64,000 nt of DNA from an uncultured Acidobacteriota bacterium (GCA_963822895.1 CAWGJI010000021.1:70308-134307), one strand, 5' to 3'. Positions 8,942-19,244 are shown, numbered from the stretch's first letter. Translations and numbers: made by a program. The notes: a model not told the origin generated them from the letters alone.

Positions 8942-10534
8942 GTGAAAACGCGTGACCTGACCGGTCATGGGATCAAACCCACCGAGAAAGTCCACTGGGA
9001 CCTCCCGACGGCGAGGCTCTACGAGCACACCCTCGAACGAGGACTGGCCGAGATCGCCCACAAGGGCGCCCTGGTGGTGGACACGACTCCCTACACCGGT
9101 CGCAGCCCGAAGGACAAGTACGTCGTCACAGAGCCCGACACCGAGGGCGAGATCTGGTGGGGCGACGTGAATCACCCCATGGGCCCAGATGTGTTCGACG
9201 CCCTCTACCAGCGTGTCTGCGGGTACCTGGGTGGCCAAGAGCTGTTCGTGCAGGACCTCTTCGTCGGCGCCGACGACGCCAACCGGATGGCGATTCGGAC
9301 CATCACCGAGAGCCCATGGCACTCCTTGTTCGCACGAACGATGTTCATCCTCCCCCGTCTCTTCGACCCCTCGGATGTCTTCGAGGCGTTCGTGCCCGAC
9401 TTCACCATCGTCCATGCCCCTGAGTTCAAAGCAGACCCTGGACGCGACGGGACCAGGAGCGAGGTGTTCGTGTGTATCAGCTTCGCCAGGCGGATCCTGC
9501 TCATCGGCGGCACCCGCTATGCCGGCGAAGTGAAGAAGTCGGTGTTCTCCGTCATGAACTATCTGCTGCCCAAACGAGGGGTCCTCTCCATGCACGCGTC
9601 GGCCAGTTCCGGGCCAGAGGGGGATTCGGCGGTCATATTCGGGCTCTCGGGCACCGGCAAGACCACGCTGGCCACCGACCCGCTCCGATCGATGATCGGC
9701 GACGACGAGATCGGTTGGGGGGAAGACGGCATCTTCAACATCGAAGGTGGGTCCTATGCGAAGACCATTCACCTCAGCGAAGAGGACGAGCCCCTGATCT
9801 ACCAGGCGGCCAACCAGTTCGAGACCATCCTCGAGAACGTCGTGGTGAACGCCCACACCCGTATTCCCGAATGGGACGACGGGTCCAAGACCGAGAACAC
9901 CCGTTGCGCCTACCCGCTGGCCCATCTACCCAACGCCGAGCGGCGTGGTCTCGGGGCCCATCCCTCGAACATCGTGTTTCTATCGGCCGACGCCTTTGGG
10001 GTCCTGCCGCCGATCGCACGTCTGAGCAAGGAGCAGGCGATGTACTACTTCCTCTCCGGCTACACGGCCAAGGTGGCTGGGACCGAGCGTGGGATCACCG
10101 ATCCGGTCGCCACATTCTCCCCCTGTTTTGGTGCGCCATTCCTGCCCCTGCCACCGGCGGAATACGCAAACGTCCTGGCAGAGAAGATCGATCGTCACAA
10201 CCCGGCGGTCTGGATGATCAACACCGGCTGGACCGGCGGGCCTTACGGGGTAGGGAGCCGGATCCGCATACCCCACACGCGGGCAATGCTGAACGCAGCC
10301 CTGTCGGGTGCCCTCGATGACGTCGAATACGAAGAGGACCCGGTATTCGGCCTGTCCGTCCCGAGTTCCATCCCCGGGGTTCCCCCACAACTCCTGTCAC
10401 CACGAGACACATGGGATGACAAGGACGCCTTCGACCTCCAGCAAAAGCGTCTCGCCGGGATGTTCCGGGACAACTTCGGGCAGTACGCAGGGGGGCTCCC
10501 GGAGGGCGTCGTCGAATCGGGCCCGAGGGTCTAG
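8942..10534 (+). CDS. pckA: phosphoenolpyruvate carboxykinase (ATP)
   Basis: [11 protein letters not shown]-loop and the [37 protein letters not shown] signature. 530 aa. Confidence 0.9.
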   Translation: MKTRDLTGHGIKPTEKVHWDLPTARLYEHTLERGLAEIAHKGALVVDTTPYTGRSPKDKYVVTEPDTEGEIWWGDVNHPMGPDVFDALYQRVCGYLGGQELFVQDLFVGADDANRMAIRTITESPWHSLFARTMFILPRLFDPSDVFEAFVPDFTIVHAPEFKADPGRDGTRSEVFVCISFARRILLIGGTRYAGEVKKSVFSVMNYLLPKRGVLSMHASASSGPEGDSAVIFGLSGTGKTTLATDPLRSMIGDDEIGWGEDGIFNIEGGSYAKTIHLSEEDEPLIYQAANQFETILENVVVNAHTRIPEWDDGSKTENTRCAYPLAHLPNAERRGLGAHPSNIVFLSADAFGVLPPIARLSKEQAMYYFLSGYTAKVAGTERGITDPVATFSPCFGAPFLPLPPAEYANVLAEKIDRHNPAVWMINTGWTGGPYGVGSRIRIPHTRAMLNAALSGALDDVEYEEDPVFGLSVPSSIPGVPPQLLSPRDTWDDKDAFDLQQKRLAGMFRDNFGQYAGGLPEGVVESGPRV

Positions 10535-10538
10535 GACT

Positions 10539-10967
10539 TCAACGCCAAACGGCCACGAGGACGGAGAGCACCAGTACCCCGATCCCGTGATATGACCCGT
10601 TGATCCAAAACCAAACCCAGGGCTTGGGCATGTTCGGGTCGAAGTTGGCATCGACAGCGGTGTGCATGAGGGCGAGGCCGATTCCCAGCACCAGCCCGAG
10701 AGTCAGCCCTTCGCCAAGGGTGTCGGTGCCTGTGGCAGCCGCGATCAACCCGACGGTTACCGCCATGACCAGAAAGGCCGCCAGCGGTATCAGATAGCTC
10801 GTCGCCTGCATCTCCGGTGGCTTGCTCTCCGGGTCCCAGCCGATGGCCCGTTGCCACAGCTTGCCCCAGAGCACCGGGGAATACCACAGCGCTCCAAGTG
10901 CAAAGTAGATCAGTGCCCCAACCACCACTGCGAGCCAGTTGAGATCACCGAGTGAATCGAGATTCAT
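10539..10967 (-). CDS. DUF1761 family membrane protein
   Basis: Start at internal ATG 10967..10965, preceded by GAGGAGG. MNLDSLGDLNWLAVVVGALIYFALGALWYSPVLWGKLW is typical of DUF1761. The upstream part of the 193-aa ORF is Arg-rich junk. Confidence 0.6.
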   Translation of the reverse strand: MNLDSLGDLNWLAVVVGALIYFALGALWYSPVLWGKLWQRAIGWDPESKPPEMQATSYLIPLAAFLVMAVTVGLIAAATGTDTLGEGLTLGLVLGIGLALMHTAVDANFDPNMPKPWVWFWINGSYHGIGVLVLSVLVAVWR

Positions 10968-11155
10968 CGTCGCCTCCTCGTGGGTGGCGCCTACAACCGA
11001 TCGCCGCCCTTGGGCCCAAGCTATCGGACAAGGTCGAGTCGCGTGTCTGTCAACCATCCGCGACTGGACGCCCGACTTGAAGCCGGTGGACCGGTCTTGT
11101 CTGGTTCGGGTTTCTTGCACTTTCCGACAGGGACGATCGAGGCAACTGCCGATGA

Positions 11156-12301
11156 TTGGGGCAGCCCGAGACTCATACTGTCGGGCACATGGCCCTCCCG
11201 TTACGTCTCATCCAATCGGTGCGGCCACAGGCGTCGCCCGGGGTCATTGCCGGGGCGGCCGCAGTGGCCGCGGTTTTTGCCGCAACGCCGTTCCTACTTC
11301 CCGACGTCTCCACCCGACTCGATATCCCGGTTGGGCTCACCGGGTTGTTGAGCACGGCCCAGGTGGCCAGCTTCGCCATCGCCTCGTTTCTCGCCGGGCG
11401 TCTTTTCCGACCGGGACGCCGTCTCCACTACGGGGGTCTGTTGGTCATCGCCTTCGCCAGCTTCATGGCAGCCCTGGCGACGAATTTCCCCCTGCTGATC
11501 GTCAGCCGGGCGATCTCGGGAGTGGGAATGGGAACGCTGACCTGGGTGGCGTGGGCCGATGCCACGCGGTTCTCACGTGGTCTTGGAGAGGTGGCGGCAG
11601 TGGCTCCGATCACCGCGATGGTGGCCTCGCCGGTATTGGCCTGGCTCATCGAGCTCGACGGCTACCCGCTGGCTTTCACGGCCCTCGGGGTCGTGGCGCT
11701 GGCGGCGATGCTCCTACCTGTCGACTTCGGCGAGCTTCCCAGGGTGGGGCGGACCGTCAGTCGGTCCCGATCGAACCGCTGGCTGCTGGGAGCCCTGTTC
11801 ACCCTCAGCCTCGGTGGCTCGTCGGTATTCATATTCTCCGGAGCCACCGGAACCTCACTGGTAGGTCTGTCTCCCCTGACCGTCTCGTGGGCGCTCAGCC
11901 TCAATGCTCTGGCCGGTGTCGCCGGCACGAGGATGACCGCCCCACGCGGGCAGTCCTGGCTCTGGCTCACCGCTACTGCTCTCTCGGGCTTGGCGCTGGG
12001 AACGCTCGGTGTCCCCTGGGTCTTCTTCCTCTCCATGGCACTGTGGGGTTTTGCCTATTGGGTGGCGGTGCCGGCGATCTTCGCCCTCCTCGCCGAGAGG
12101 TCCCTCGTGCCCAGCGAGCGGATCGGGGACGCCCAGGCCCTCATGGCCATGGGGAGGGTGTTCGGTCCGGTGATCGGGGGAATCGCCGTCGGATCGAGTC
12201 AATACGGACGACTCTCATTGGTTGGAGGCTCGATCATGATCGTGGCCGCCGTCATCGCATTCTTCGTCGAGTTCGTCCGGCGTGCGCAGACTTTCGCCTG
12301 A
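11156..12301 (+). CDS. MFS transporter
   Basis: About 12 predicted TM helices with MFS-type loops (GRLFRPGRR, ISRAISGVGMG). 381 aa; the start could instead be the M at MALPLRL. Confidence 0.7.
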   Translation: MGQPETHTVGHMALPLRLIQSVRPQASPGVIAGAAAVAAVFAATPFLLPDVSTRLDIPVGLTGLLSTAQVASFAIASFLAGRLFRPGRRLHYGGLLVIAFASFMAALATNFPLLIVSRAISGVGMGTLTWVAWADATRFSRGLGEVAAVAPITAMVASPVLAWLIELDGYPLAFTALGVVALAAMLLPVDFGELPRVGRTVSRSRSNRWLLGALFTLSLGGSSVFIFSGATGTSLVGLSPLTVSWALSLNALAGVAGTRMTAPRGQSWLWLTATALSGLALGTLGVPWVFFLSMALWGFAYWVAVPAIFALLAERSLVPSERIGDAQALMAMGRVFGPVIGGIAVGSSQYGRLSLVGGSIMIVAAVIAFFVEFVRRAQTFA

Positions 12302-12316
12302 CCCGGGCGGTGTACG

Positions 12317-14002
12317 GTGCGCTCCATGACTCTCGAGCAACTCTCCGACGACTTCTGGCTGGCCTACTCCGAGTATTTTCCGACGATTGCCACCGTCCGG
12401 GGCGAGCACTCCTTCGACGATCAGCTGAGACGGTTCGACTCAGGATGGCTGGAGGGGATGGCGGCGAGATTTCGGTCCATCGAGTCCGCCGCCAGGGCGG
12501 TGGACCCATCGAATCTCGGCCTCCAGGATCGGATCACCCGTGACTTGTTGGTCCACGAGGGTGGAGTCTGGGCCACCGAGATAGAGCAGGAGTTCTTCGT
12601 GGCTCCGGTCGACCCCTATCTGGGACCCCACACCCGTCTGCTCTCGGACAGCCAGCAGAACACCGTTGGCACTGGTGAGCAGGCAGAGGCGCTTCTCATC
12701 CGATACTCGAAGGCCGGCGAATACCTGACCGGGGCCTTGGAGAGGATTCGCTCATGCGCCGCCAAGGGAATGACCCCGCCTCGAGCGTCGCTGGACCGCG
12801 TCATCGGTCAACTGGACGGGTACCTCGCCTCGTCGATGGACACGGACCCGTTTCTCAAGCTGAAGCTGCCCGAGGGAGCCGACCAAGGACACTGGCAGGA
12901 GCGCGCCCAGGATTTGGTGAACCGGGTCATCAGACCGGCAATCGCCGACTTCAGGGAAGCCTTGATCGAGCACGTGGGGCCAGTGGCGAGGCCCCCGGAG
13001 AAGTCAGGGCTGGTCTGGATGACCAACGGGGAGGAGATCTACGGGCATCTGATCCACAAGTACACACAACTCGACAAGACAGCCGAGGAGATCCATCAGA
13101 TCGGTCTCGATTGGGCCACCGACATCCTGGTCGAACAGTGGGAGGAGATCGGGGGCCGCGCCTTTGGCGACAGCTCGATGGAGGCGACATTCCATCGTCT
13201 CCACAGCGACCCGTCGTTTCGCTTCCAAGGCGAAGAAGAGATGCTGGAACAGGCGAGAGCAACCATCACCCGGGCATGGAATGCGGTGGATGACTGGTTC
13301 GGAGCGAGACCGGCCACCCCATGCCAGGTGGTTGCGGTGCCGGCGTCGATAGCCCCGGCCATGCCACCGGCGTACTACATGCAGCCTCCACCCGACGGGT
13401 CCCGAGAGGGCACATATTTCCTCAACACCTACAAGCCCGAGGAACGGGACAAGTTCGAGTACGAGTCGACCACCTTCCATGAGGCGGTGCCCGGGCACCA
13501 CTTCGACCGGTCCCTTGCCACCGAGTTGGAAGGCATCCCGATGTTCCGCCGCTACGCCCAGGTCTATGCCCATACCGAGGGCTGGGGCCTGTACGCCGAA
13601 CGGCTCGCCGACGAGATGGGGCTGTTCTCGAGCGACGTCGACCGTCTCGGGATGCTCAGCGCCGACGCATGGCGGGCCGGGCGCCTGGTGGTGGACACCG
13701 GGCTGCATGCCCTGGGCTGGTCACGTGAGAAGGCGATCGACTTCCTGTTGGAGTGGACACCCATCGGGCGACTCACCGTGGAACAGGAGGTGGACCGCTA
13801 CATCGGGATGGCCGGCCAGGCCCTTTCATACAAGATGGGTCACATCGAGATCATGCGTCTTCGCAAGGAGGCAGAGCTGCGGCTGGGAGACCGATTCGAC
13901 ATCAAGGGCTTCCACGACACCTTGCTCACAAGCGGGGCGATGACCCTCCCGTTGCTCGCCGACACCGTCGGGGCCTGGATCGAATCGGTGGCCGCCGCAT
14001 AG
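12317..14002 (+). CDS. DUF885 family protein (putative metallopeptidase-like)
   Basis: 561 aa. TTFHEAVPGHHFDRS (HExxxxH-like) and LGWSREKAIDFLLEW are typical of DUF885. Confidence 0.75.
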   Translation: MRSMTLEQLSDDFWLAYSEYFPTIATVRGEHSFDDQLRRFDSGWLEGMAARFRSIESAARAVDPSNLGLQDRITRDLLVHEGGVWATEIEQEFFVAPVDPYLGPHTRLLSDSQQNTVGTGEQAEALLIRYSKAGEYLTGALERIRSCAAKGMTPPRASLDRVIGQLDGYLASSMDTDPFLKLKLPEGADQGHWQERAQDLVNRVIRPAIADFREALIEHVGPVARPPEKSGLVWMTNGEEIYGHLIHKYTQLDKTAEEIHQIGLDWATDILVEQWEEIGGRAFGDSSMEATFHRLHSDPSFRFQGEEEMLEQARATITRAWNAVDDWFGARPATPCQVVAVPASIAPAMPPAYYMQPPPDGSREGTYFLNTYKPEERDKFEYESTTFHEAVPGHHFDRSLATELEGIPMFRRYAQVYAHTEGWGLYAERLADEMGLFSSDVDRLGMLSADAWRAGRLVVDTGLHALGWSREKAIDFLLEWTPIGRLTVEQEVDRYIGMAGQALSYKMGHIEIMRLRKEAELRLGDRFDIKGFHDTLLTSGAMTLPLLADTVGAWIESVAAA

Positions 14003-14005
14003 GCC

Positions 14006-14593
14006 TCACCTGCTGACGTTGGCTCCGCCCGAGCTGTCGACGTTCCTGGTGGCGGGGTCGCCCCCGATCGTGAGATTGGCCCCACCGGAGGCCTGACCCG
14101 TGATCGAGTTGGTCACGCTGACACCCACGTTTGCGCCGGAGTCGACGTCGATGTCCATATCGGCCACCTCGAGGTCGCCGAGATCGACATTGGCGCCACC
14201 GGTCACCCCCAGTATCAGGGACGACAGAGCTCCCTCGCCATTGACGTTCGAGCCCGAATCCACGGTCATCTCCACCAGGGCGGGGACGGTCACCTCGACC
14301 CTCCGGTCGCGGCCGGTCACGTTGATGTTTCCCTGGGTTTCGATGACCAGGGTGTCGCCGTCGAGACGTGTGACGACGTTGTCCTGGAGATTGTCGTCGT
14401 ATATGACCGCCACCCTCGTCTCGGCACTCGCGTCCACGACGAGGTTGACGTTGACGCCACCGGAGATGTCGAGACGATCGAAGTCGCCGACGTCCCGAAC
14501 GTCCGTGGTCACGGCACCCGACCCGGCCTGGCCACAAGCGGCGACCAACAAAACAGAGCACAGAGTCAGGGTCAGGGAACGGCGCATGGCCAC
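14006..14593 (-). CDS. DUF2807 / head GIN domain lipoprotein (putative adhesin-like beta-helix)
   Basis: Lipobox SVLLVAACG. Repeated G-x-N-V/IDxGxLE beta-helix-like repeats. 195 aa. Confidence 0.65.
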   Translation of the reverse strand: MAMRRSLTLTLCSVLLVAACGQAGSGAVTTDVRDVGDFDRLDISGGVNVNLVVDASAETRVAVIYDDNLQDNVVTRLDGDTLVIETQGNINVTGRDRRVEVTVPALVEMTVDSGSNVNGEGALSSLILGVTGGANVDLGDLEVADMDIDVDSGANVGVSVTNSITGQASGGANLTIGGDPATRNVDSSGGANVSR

Positions 14594-14674
14594 GACTGAA
14601 CTGTATCCGTGGCCAATGGGCCATGACGACGACAGCCAGCCGTTCGTTACGACCTGTTTGCAGCCGGGAAAGCG

Positions 14675-14766
<92 letters not shown>

Positions 14767-14790
14767 AAGATTGACTTGTCACGCTACCGG

Positions 14791-14872
14791 CGGAGGGGGT
14801 GGGACTCGAACCCGCGAAATGGGGCCGCTGGCCCTCCAGGCCATCTCCTTGGGCCAACTCAGCTCGATTTCC
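14791..14872 (-). pseudogene. degenerate tRNA-Ser(GGA)-like copy (pseudo-tRNA)
   Basis: The 3' half (GCGGGTTCGAGTCCCACCCCCTCCG) closely matches the Ser tRNAs of this cluster. The anticodon loop reads CTGGAGG (GGA). The T-stem has a C-A mismatch. The 5' acceptor strand (GGAAATC) cannot pair with the 3' strand (CCCCTCC). Confidence 0.5.
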
Positions 14873-15010
14873 GAGGATGGTAGATGCGATCTCGGTCGGG
14901 CGGGCCGTCGTCGTCCTGTCCTGTGATCCCGGGAACAGCCAACCCTGGCAACCTCGTAACGAATCCGTCACGGCCGGTGGTGATAATCGACATGTGAGGA
15001 GATCGAGGCG

Positions 15011-16204
15011 ATGACATCGACTCGGAGGGTCTTCCTCTGGGTCTGGGTTGGTGTGGTTGGTGCCGCCTGCTGCGGCGTTTTGTCCATCGCCGTCCAACAG
15101 CCGGGTTCACCCGTCAGGGCAACCTCGATAGCTCTTGGATCCTGGTTTCCGGCCGTGGTGACGCTCTTGGGGGCTCTTATAGCCGTTCGTCAACCCGACA
15201 ACAGGATCGCCAGGCTGTTGATCGGCATTGGATTTGCAGTTCTTCTCGAGTACTTCGCCCAGCTCGCCTTGGGCTCTGAACCTGTCTCTCCGTCACTGCT
15301 CGACTTCGCCGCCATCGTCCTCGTACACGTGACCCTTCCCCTTGCGATATACCTCCTGTTTCTCATAGCTTTCCTGTTCCCCAGCGGACGCTTCTCCACC
15401 AAGCGTCAGGCTTGGGCGGCATGGCCCGGGGCGATCATGTTGTTCATCCAGCTCCTGATCACCGTTTTCACCGTGGAGATCGGACCGCCCTACCCGTCAG
15501 CGGAGCAAGCCTGGACCATTGAAAACCCGGTCGGATTCCTCCCGACCTCGGCTCGTGACGCCACTATCGCTCTGGCGCTGGTGATCTTGGCTCTCACGGC
15601 CGTCGCTGGTGGCTTCTCACTAGTCATGAGATACCGCCGGTCGTCAGTCGTGATCAGAGCTCAAATCAGATGGATGCTCTTTTCGACCTTCATCGTTGCC
15701 GGAGTGCTCGTTCTCGTCGCCACGACGAATGCGTCACAGCACATGGCGGGAGGGCTGCTTCTCCAGGTCGCGTTCATCAGCATCCCGATATCCATCACCG
15801 TGGCGATATCTCGGTATCGGTTGTTCGAAATCGACCGGATAATTTCGCGAACCCTCAGCTATACGGTCGTCGTCGCCGTCCTGGCCGCCGCATTCTTCGG
15901 GCTGATTGCCTTGATCACCGCGGCTCTCCCAACTCAGAGCTCGCTGGCTGTGGCCGGCTCGACACTCGCAATCGCCGCCCTCTTCAACCCACTGAGAAAG
16001 CGCGTCCAGAGCACGATCGATCGACGATTCAACAGATCTGCATATCACGCCGAAGTCATCGCGCGTACTTTCGCCAATCGGCTCCGAGAGCCTCTCAGCA
16101 CCGCACAGATCATCGAAGAGTGGCAACGCACCGTCGACGAGTCCCTCCAGCCCGAGACAAGCGGCATCTGGATCAAGCAGGGGAGCGTGGATGGACCCGA
16201 GTGA
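15011..16204 (+). CDS. polytopic membrane protein with conserved C-terminal cytoplasmic motif (RYRLFEIDRIISRT...RKRVQSTIDRRFNRSAYHAE...TVDESLQPETSGIWIK); a domain otherwise seen at the N-termini of actinobacterial sensor kinases
   Basis: 397 aa, about 9-10 TM helices. It is the paralogue of 22839-23983. There is a 14-bp overlap with the downstream methyltransferase. Confidence 0.65.
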   Translation: MTSTRRVFLWVWVGVVGAACCGVLSIAVQQPGSPVRATSIALGSWFPAVVTLLGALIAVRQPDNRIARLLIGIGFAVLLEYFAQLALGSEPVSPSLLDFAAIVLVHVTLPLAIYLLFLIAFLFPSGRFSTKRQAWAAWPGAIMLFIQLLITVFTVEIGPPYPSAEQAWTIENPVGFLPTSARDATIALALVILALTAVAGGFSLVMRYRRSSVVIRAQIRWMLFSTFIVAGVLVLVATTNASQHMAGGLLLQVAFISIPISITVAISRYRLFEIDRIISRTLSYTVVVAVLAAAFFGLIALITAALPTQSSLAVAGSTLAIAALFNPLRKRVQSTIDRRFNRSAYHAEVIARTFANRLREPLSTAQIIEEWQRTVDESLQPETSGIWIKQGSVDGPE

Positions 16205-16850
16205 CCCGGCGTACAAGGGTCAGAAGAGCTACGGCCCTGTGCTTCTCGGCGTCTATGACTGGTGGGTGCTCGGCTTCATGGCTCGGAGAGTGTGGCATTC
16301 TCCGACGCCCTCCATCATCGAGCGATATCGGCGTCTCTTTGGTCACCGCCATCTCGACATAGGGCCCGGGTCCGGGTACTGCATCGACGTCGCAGCACCG
16401 GAGGACATGGAGTTGACGCTGCTTGACCCGAACCGTCATGTGCTCGATCACTGCGCAAAGCGCCTGTCACGCTTCAAACCGGCCCTCGTAGAGGCCGACG
16501 TCCTCAAACCTCTCCCCGTTCAGGGACCCTTCGACTCGATCGCTCTGAGCTTCGTGCTCCACTGTCTGCCCGGCCCGATGGAGGCGAAGGGGATGGCCAT
16601 AGAGAACGCTGCTTCCGTCCTCGATTCCGAAGGGGTGTTCTTTGGTGGGACGGTCCTCGGGATCGACGAGACTCACTCATCACCTGCGCGGGTCTTCTTG
16701 AAGGCCGTCAACAGGCAAGGCGGGTTCGACAACCTGGGAGACACCCGTGAGGACCTCGAAACGATCCTCTCGGGATCGTTCGACGATGTAGAGCTCGACG
16801 TCGTCGGATCCCTCGCCCTCTTCACTGCCCGGAAGCCGTCCCACCGATAA
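16191..16850 (+). CDS. class I SAM-dependent methyltransferase
   Basis: LDIGPGSGYCIDVAAPED motif I and LHCLPGPMEAKG. 219 aa. Translationally coupled to the upstream membrane protein. Confidence 0.7.
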   Translation: MDPSDPAYKGQKSYGPVLLGVYDWWVLGFMARRVWHSPTPSIIERYRRLFGHRHLDIGPGSGYCIDVAAPEDMELTLLDPNRHVLDHCAKRLSRFKPALVEADVLKPLPVQGPFDSIALSFVLHCLPGPMEAKGMAIENAASVLDSEGVFFGGTVLGIDETHSSPARVFLKAVNRQGGFDNLGDTREDLETILSGSFDDVELDVVGSLALFTARKPSHR

Positions 16851-16932
16851 CCCAGGCCGGCCGATGGGCGCCCATTCGACTGTTAGGTTCGATCGCAACA
16901 GGCGAGCGAACGGTTATCACTCCAGCTACCGG

Positions 16933-17019
16933 CGGAGGGGGTGGGATTCGAACCCACGAGACCCAAATGGGCCCAACGGTTTTCAAGACCGTCTCCTTAG
17001 ACCACTCGGACACCCCTCC
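16933..17019 (-). tRNA. tRNA-Ser (anticodon TGA)
   Basis: Reverse complement: GGAGGGGTGTCCGAGTGGTCTAAGGAGACGGTCTTGAAAACCGT...GTGGGTTCGAATCCCACCCCCTCCG. Anticodon loop CTTGAAA; long variable arm. Confidence 0.9.
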
Positions 17020-17082
17020 AGGGTGCGCAGCCGGGCCGACCGTACCCATCAGGGGACCGACCCGCGGGTCGGTCCCCGATCG

Positions 17083-17173
17083 CGGAGGGGGAGGGATTCG
17101 AACCCTCGAGGAGGCGTCAGCCCCCTACGGCATTTCGAGTGCCGCGCACTAGACCGGACTATGCGACCCCTCC
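17083..17173 (-). tRNA. tRNA-Ser (anticodon CGA)
   Basis: Reverse complement: GGAGGGGTCGCATAGTCCGGTCTAGTGCGCGGCACTCGAAATGCCG...GAGGGTTCGAATCCCTCCCCCTCCG. Anticodon loop CTCGAAA. Confidence 0.9.
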
Positions 17174-17266
17174 AAGTGGCGATGTCCAGAGACACCGCCA
17201 CCGGTAAGTCATAGGTTGTAGACCGCAGGTCAGCGGGTCGGGCTTGGACCTACCACCTACGACTCG

Positions 17267-17357
17267 CGGAGGGAGAGGGATTTGAACCCTCGAGGGAGCG
17301 TAAACCCCCAACGGCATTTCCAGTGCCGCGCACTAGACCAGACTATGCGATCCCTCC
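17267..17357 (-). tRNA. tRNA-Ser (anticodon GGA)
   Basis: Reverse complement: GGAGGGATCGCATAGTCTGGTCTAGTGCGCGGCACTGGAAATGCCG...GAGGGTTCAAATCCCTCTCCCTCCG. Anticodon loop CTGGAAA. Confidence 0.9.
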
Positions 17358-17404
17358 GGGACTCCTACCGGGCCCGGCAGGCAGAGAGAGGATAATCCAC
17401 CACG

Positions 17405-17875
17405 TTGACTCAACCGATATCCCCAGAGTCTTTCCTCGAGCCGATGCTTGCCGCCCTGGGGGCGGCGAAGGAGGCGGCCGCCGCCGGTGAGGTGCCGGTG
17501 GGAGCGGTCCTGCTCGATGAGGCGGGTGAACAGGTCGGGATCGATCGGAATCGTCGTGAGCAGTTGTTCGATCCCACGGCACATGCCGAGATGCTGGTCT
17601 TGTCGGCCCGAGCCCGTGAAATCGGTGATTGGCGTCTTACCGGCCACACGCTGGTGGTCACCCTCGAGCCCTGTGTCATGTGCTCCGGCGCCGCGGTGCT
17701 GGCCCGTCTCGATCGGATCGTCTACGGGGCCGCCGATCTCAAGGCGGGGGGCGCCTGGTCCCTGTACAACATCCCACAGGACGCACGTCTCAATCATCGC
17801 GTCGAGCTCATCGAGGGCGTCATGGCAGACGAATCGCGAGAGCTGCTCCAGACCTTCTTCGCCACGCGTCGCTAG
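17405..17875 (+). CDS. tadA: tRNA-specific adenosine deaminase
   Basis: HAEMLVL...TLEPCVMCSGA CDA-fold zinc motif. 156 aa. Immediately downstream of the tRNA cluster. Confidence 0.85.
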   Translation: MTQPISPESFLEPMLAALGAAKEAAAAGEVPVGAVLLDEAGEQVGIDRNRREQLFDPTAHAEMLVLSARAREIGDWRLTGHTLVVTLEPCVMCSGAAVLARLDRIVYGAADLKAGGAWSLYNIPQDARLNHRVELIEGVMADESRELLQTFFATRR

Positions 17876-17876
17876 C

Positions 17877-19044
17877 TCAAGCGGCGGCGAGGGCCTCGGC
17901 CGCCACCATTCGCCGATCCCAAATGGCGTAGACACCCGATCCGATGACGAGCACCACGGCAACGACCGCAAACGCGACTTCGTAATCGAACCCTTCGATC
18001 AGGGAGCCGACCGAGGGGGCAGCCACCAATAGGGCGATGTCGAAGATCGAGGTGAAGACCGCCATCGCCGAGCCTCTCTCGGCGGTGCGGGCCCTGGCCA
18101 CCACCTGACTCGACAGCAACGGGAAGAGACCTCCATGGGCCAATCCCCCGAAGAAGGCGGCCAGGAGCGAGGATGGGCACCGACCCGGCCACGGCCAGCA
18201 ATCCGAGACCAACCCCGTAGGAGATCAGGGCGACCACGGCGAGGGGGCGATGGGGGACCCGGTCGTATCTGTTGCCGCCGATCAGCCTCATGGCGGCGGC
18301 CGTCACCCCATAGACGCCGAAGAAGATGCCGGTCGAGCCGATCTGACGATCATCCACATAGGTGCGGGTGAAGGTGAAGAGGGTCTCCATCCCGATGCTG
18401 AAGCAGAGGGTGATCCACCACAGGGGAAGGAGATTTCGCTGGGCCAGGGCCGACCAGAACCCACGTCGGGGCCTGGTGCTCATCACCGGCAGCACGGGCA
18501 ATGACCAGACGATCGACCACGAGATGAGACCGGCCCCGGCAGACAGGAGGAATAGGGCGCCAAAGCCGAGGCCGTCGATCACCAGGTCGCCGATCACCCC
18601 ACCCAGGGCGATCGGGATCAACCCTGACATCCCGAAGAGCGCGAGACCCTGGGTCCGATGCTCCAACGGGAGCGAGTCGGCCATGTAGGTCAGCATCGTG
18701 GTGAACAGGGCGATCTGGAACACCCTTTGCATCAGGAACAGACCCCAGAGCAATACGCCCCAATGACTGGTCAAAGAGAGAAGCGCCACGACCGTGACAT
18801 TGGAGATCCCACAGAACAACAGCACCGTGCGTCGATGGGTGAGATCGAGGACCCTGCCCAGGAGTGGGCGGAAGAGTAGGGCCATGATCGCACCGCCGGC
18901 GTAGAGCAGGCCGATGAGGGCCTCGGTAGCCCCCAACCCTTGGACGTAGCCGGGGAAGTGGACCATCAGGACGAAAGAGACCTCCTGGAGGAGGCCGGCG
19001 AGGAAGATCCTCACGAAGTCTGGCCCAAAACGGTGGGTGCTCAT
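17877..19044 (-). pseudogene. MFS transporter, frame-disrupted (or assembly indel)
   Basis: The 390-aa ORF (19044 downward) is MFS-like for about 290 aa and then becomes Arg/Gly-rich junk. The MFS C-terminus (GLAHGGLFPLLSSQVVARARTAERGSAMAVF...) continues in another frame as the 111-aa ORF 17877-18212. The break is near 18185-18200, in a C/G-rich run. Confidence 0.55.
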
Positions 19045-19244
19045 CGGCCGTGCAAGGTAACACGAACACTGACCCAGCCTTCCTCCTATTCGGAGCCGTT
19101 GGGTACCCTTTGCCCCGATCGTGATAGGCGGGGCGCTAGGGGTGCCCTGAACCCGAAATCCTCTCCATGCGGGGCTGAGTTCCCCGCCCGAGGGGTGACG
19201 TGTCGTCGGGGCTCAACGCCCTGAAGTCGGACACGCGATGTTGA

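Noticed and set aside
8582-9925. 447-aa minus-strand ORF antisense to pckA (and similar long antisense ORFs such as 10939-12543, 13926-14768, 36365-37138, 43933-44829, 50837-51754)
   Set aside because: They fully overlap genes with strong family signatures on the opposite strand. They are low-complexity Arg/Gly/Pro-rich translations, with no RBS or domain motifs. These are expected artefacts of about 67% GC.
14791-17357. Genomic island bounded by a partial tRNA-Ser duplicate (att-site footprint)
   Set aside because: No integrase, excisionase or other mobile gene lies in the enclosed 2.4 kb, and the block contains two apparently essential tRNA-Ser genes. It is kept only as a possibility under the pseudo-tRNA finding.
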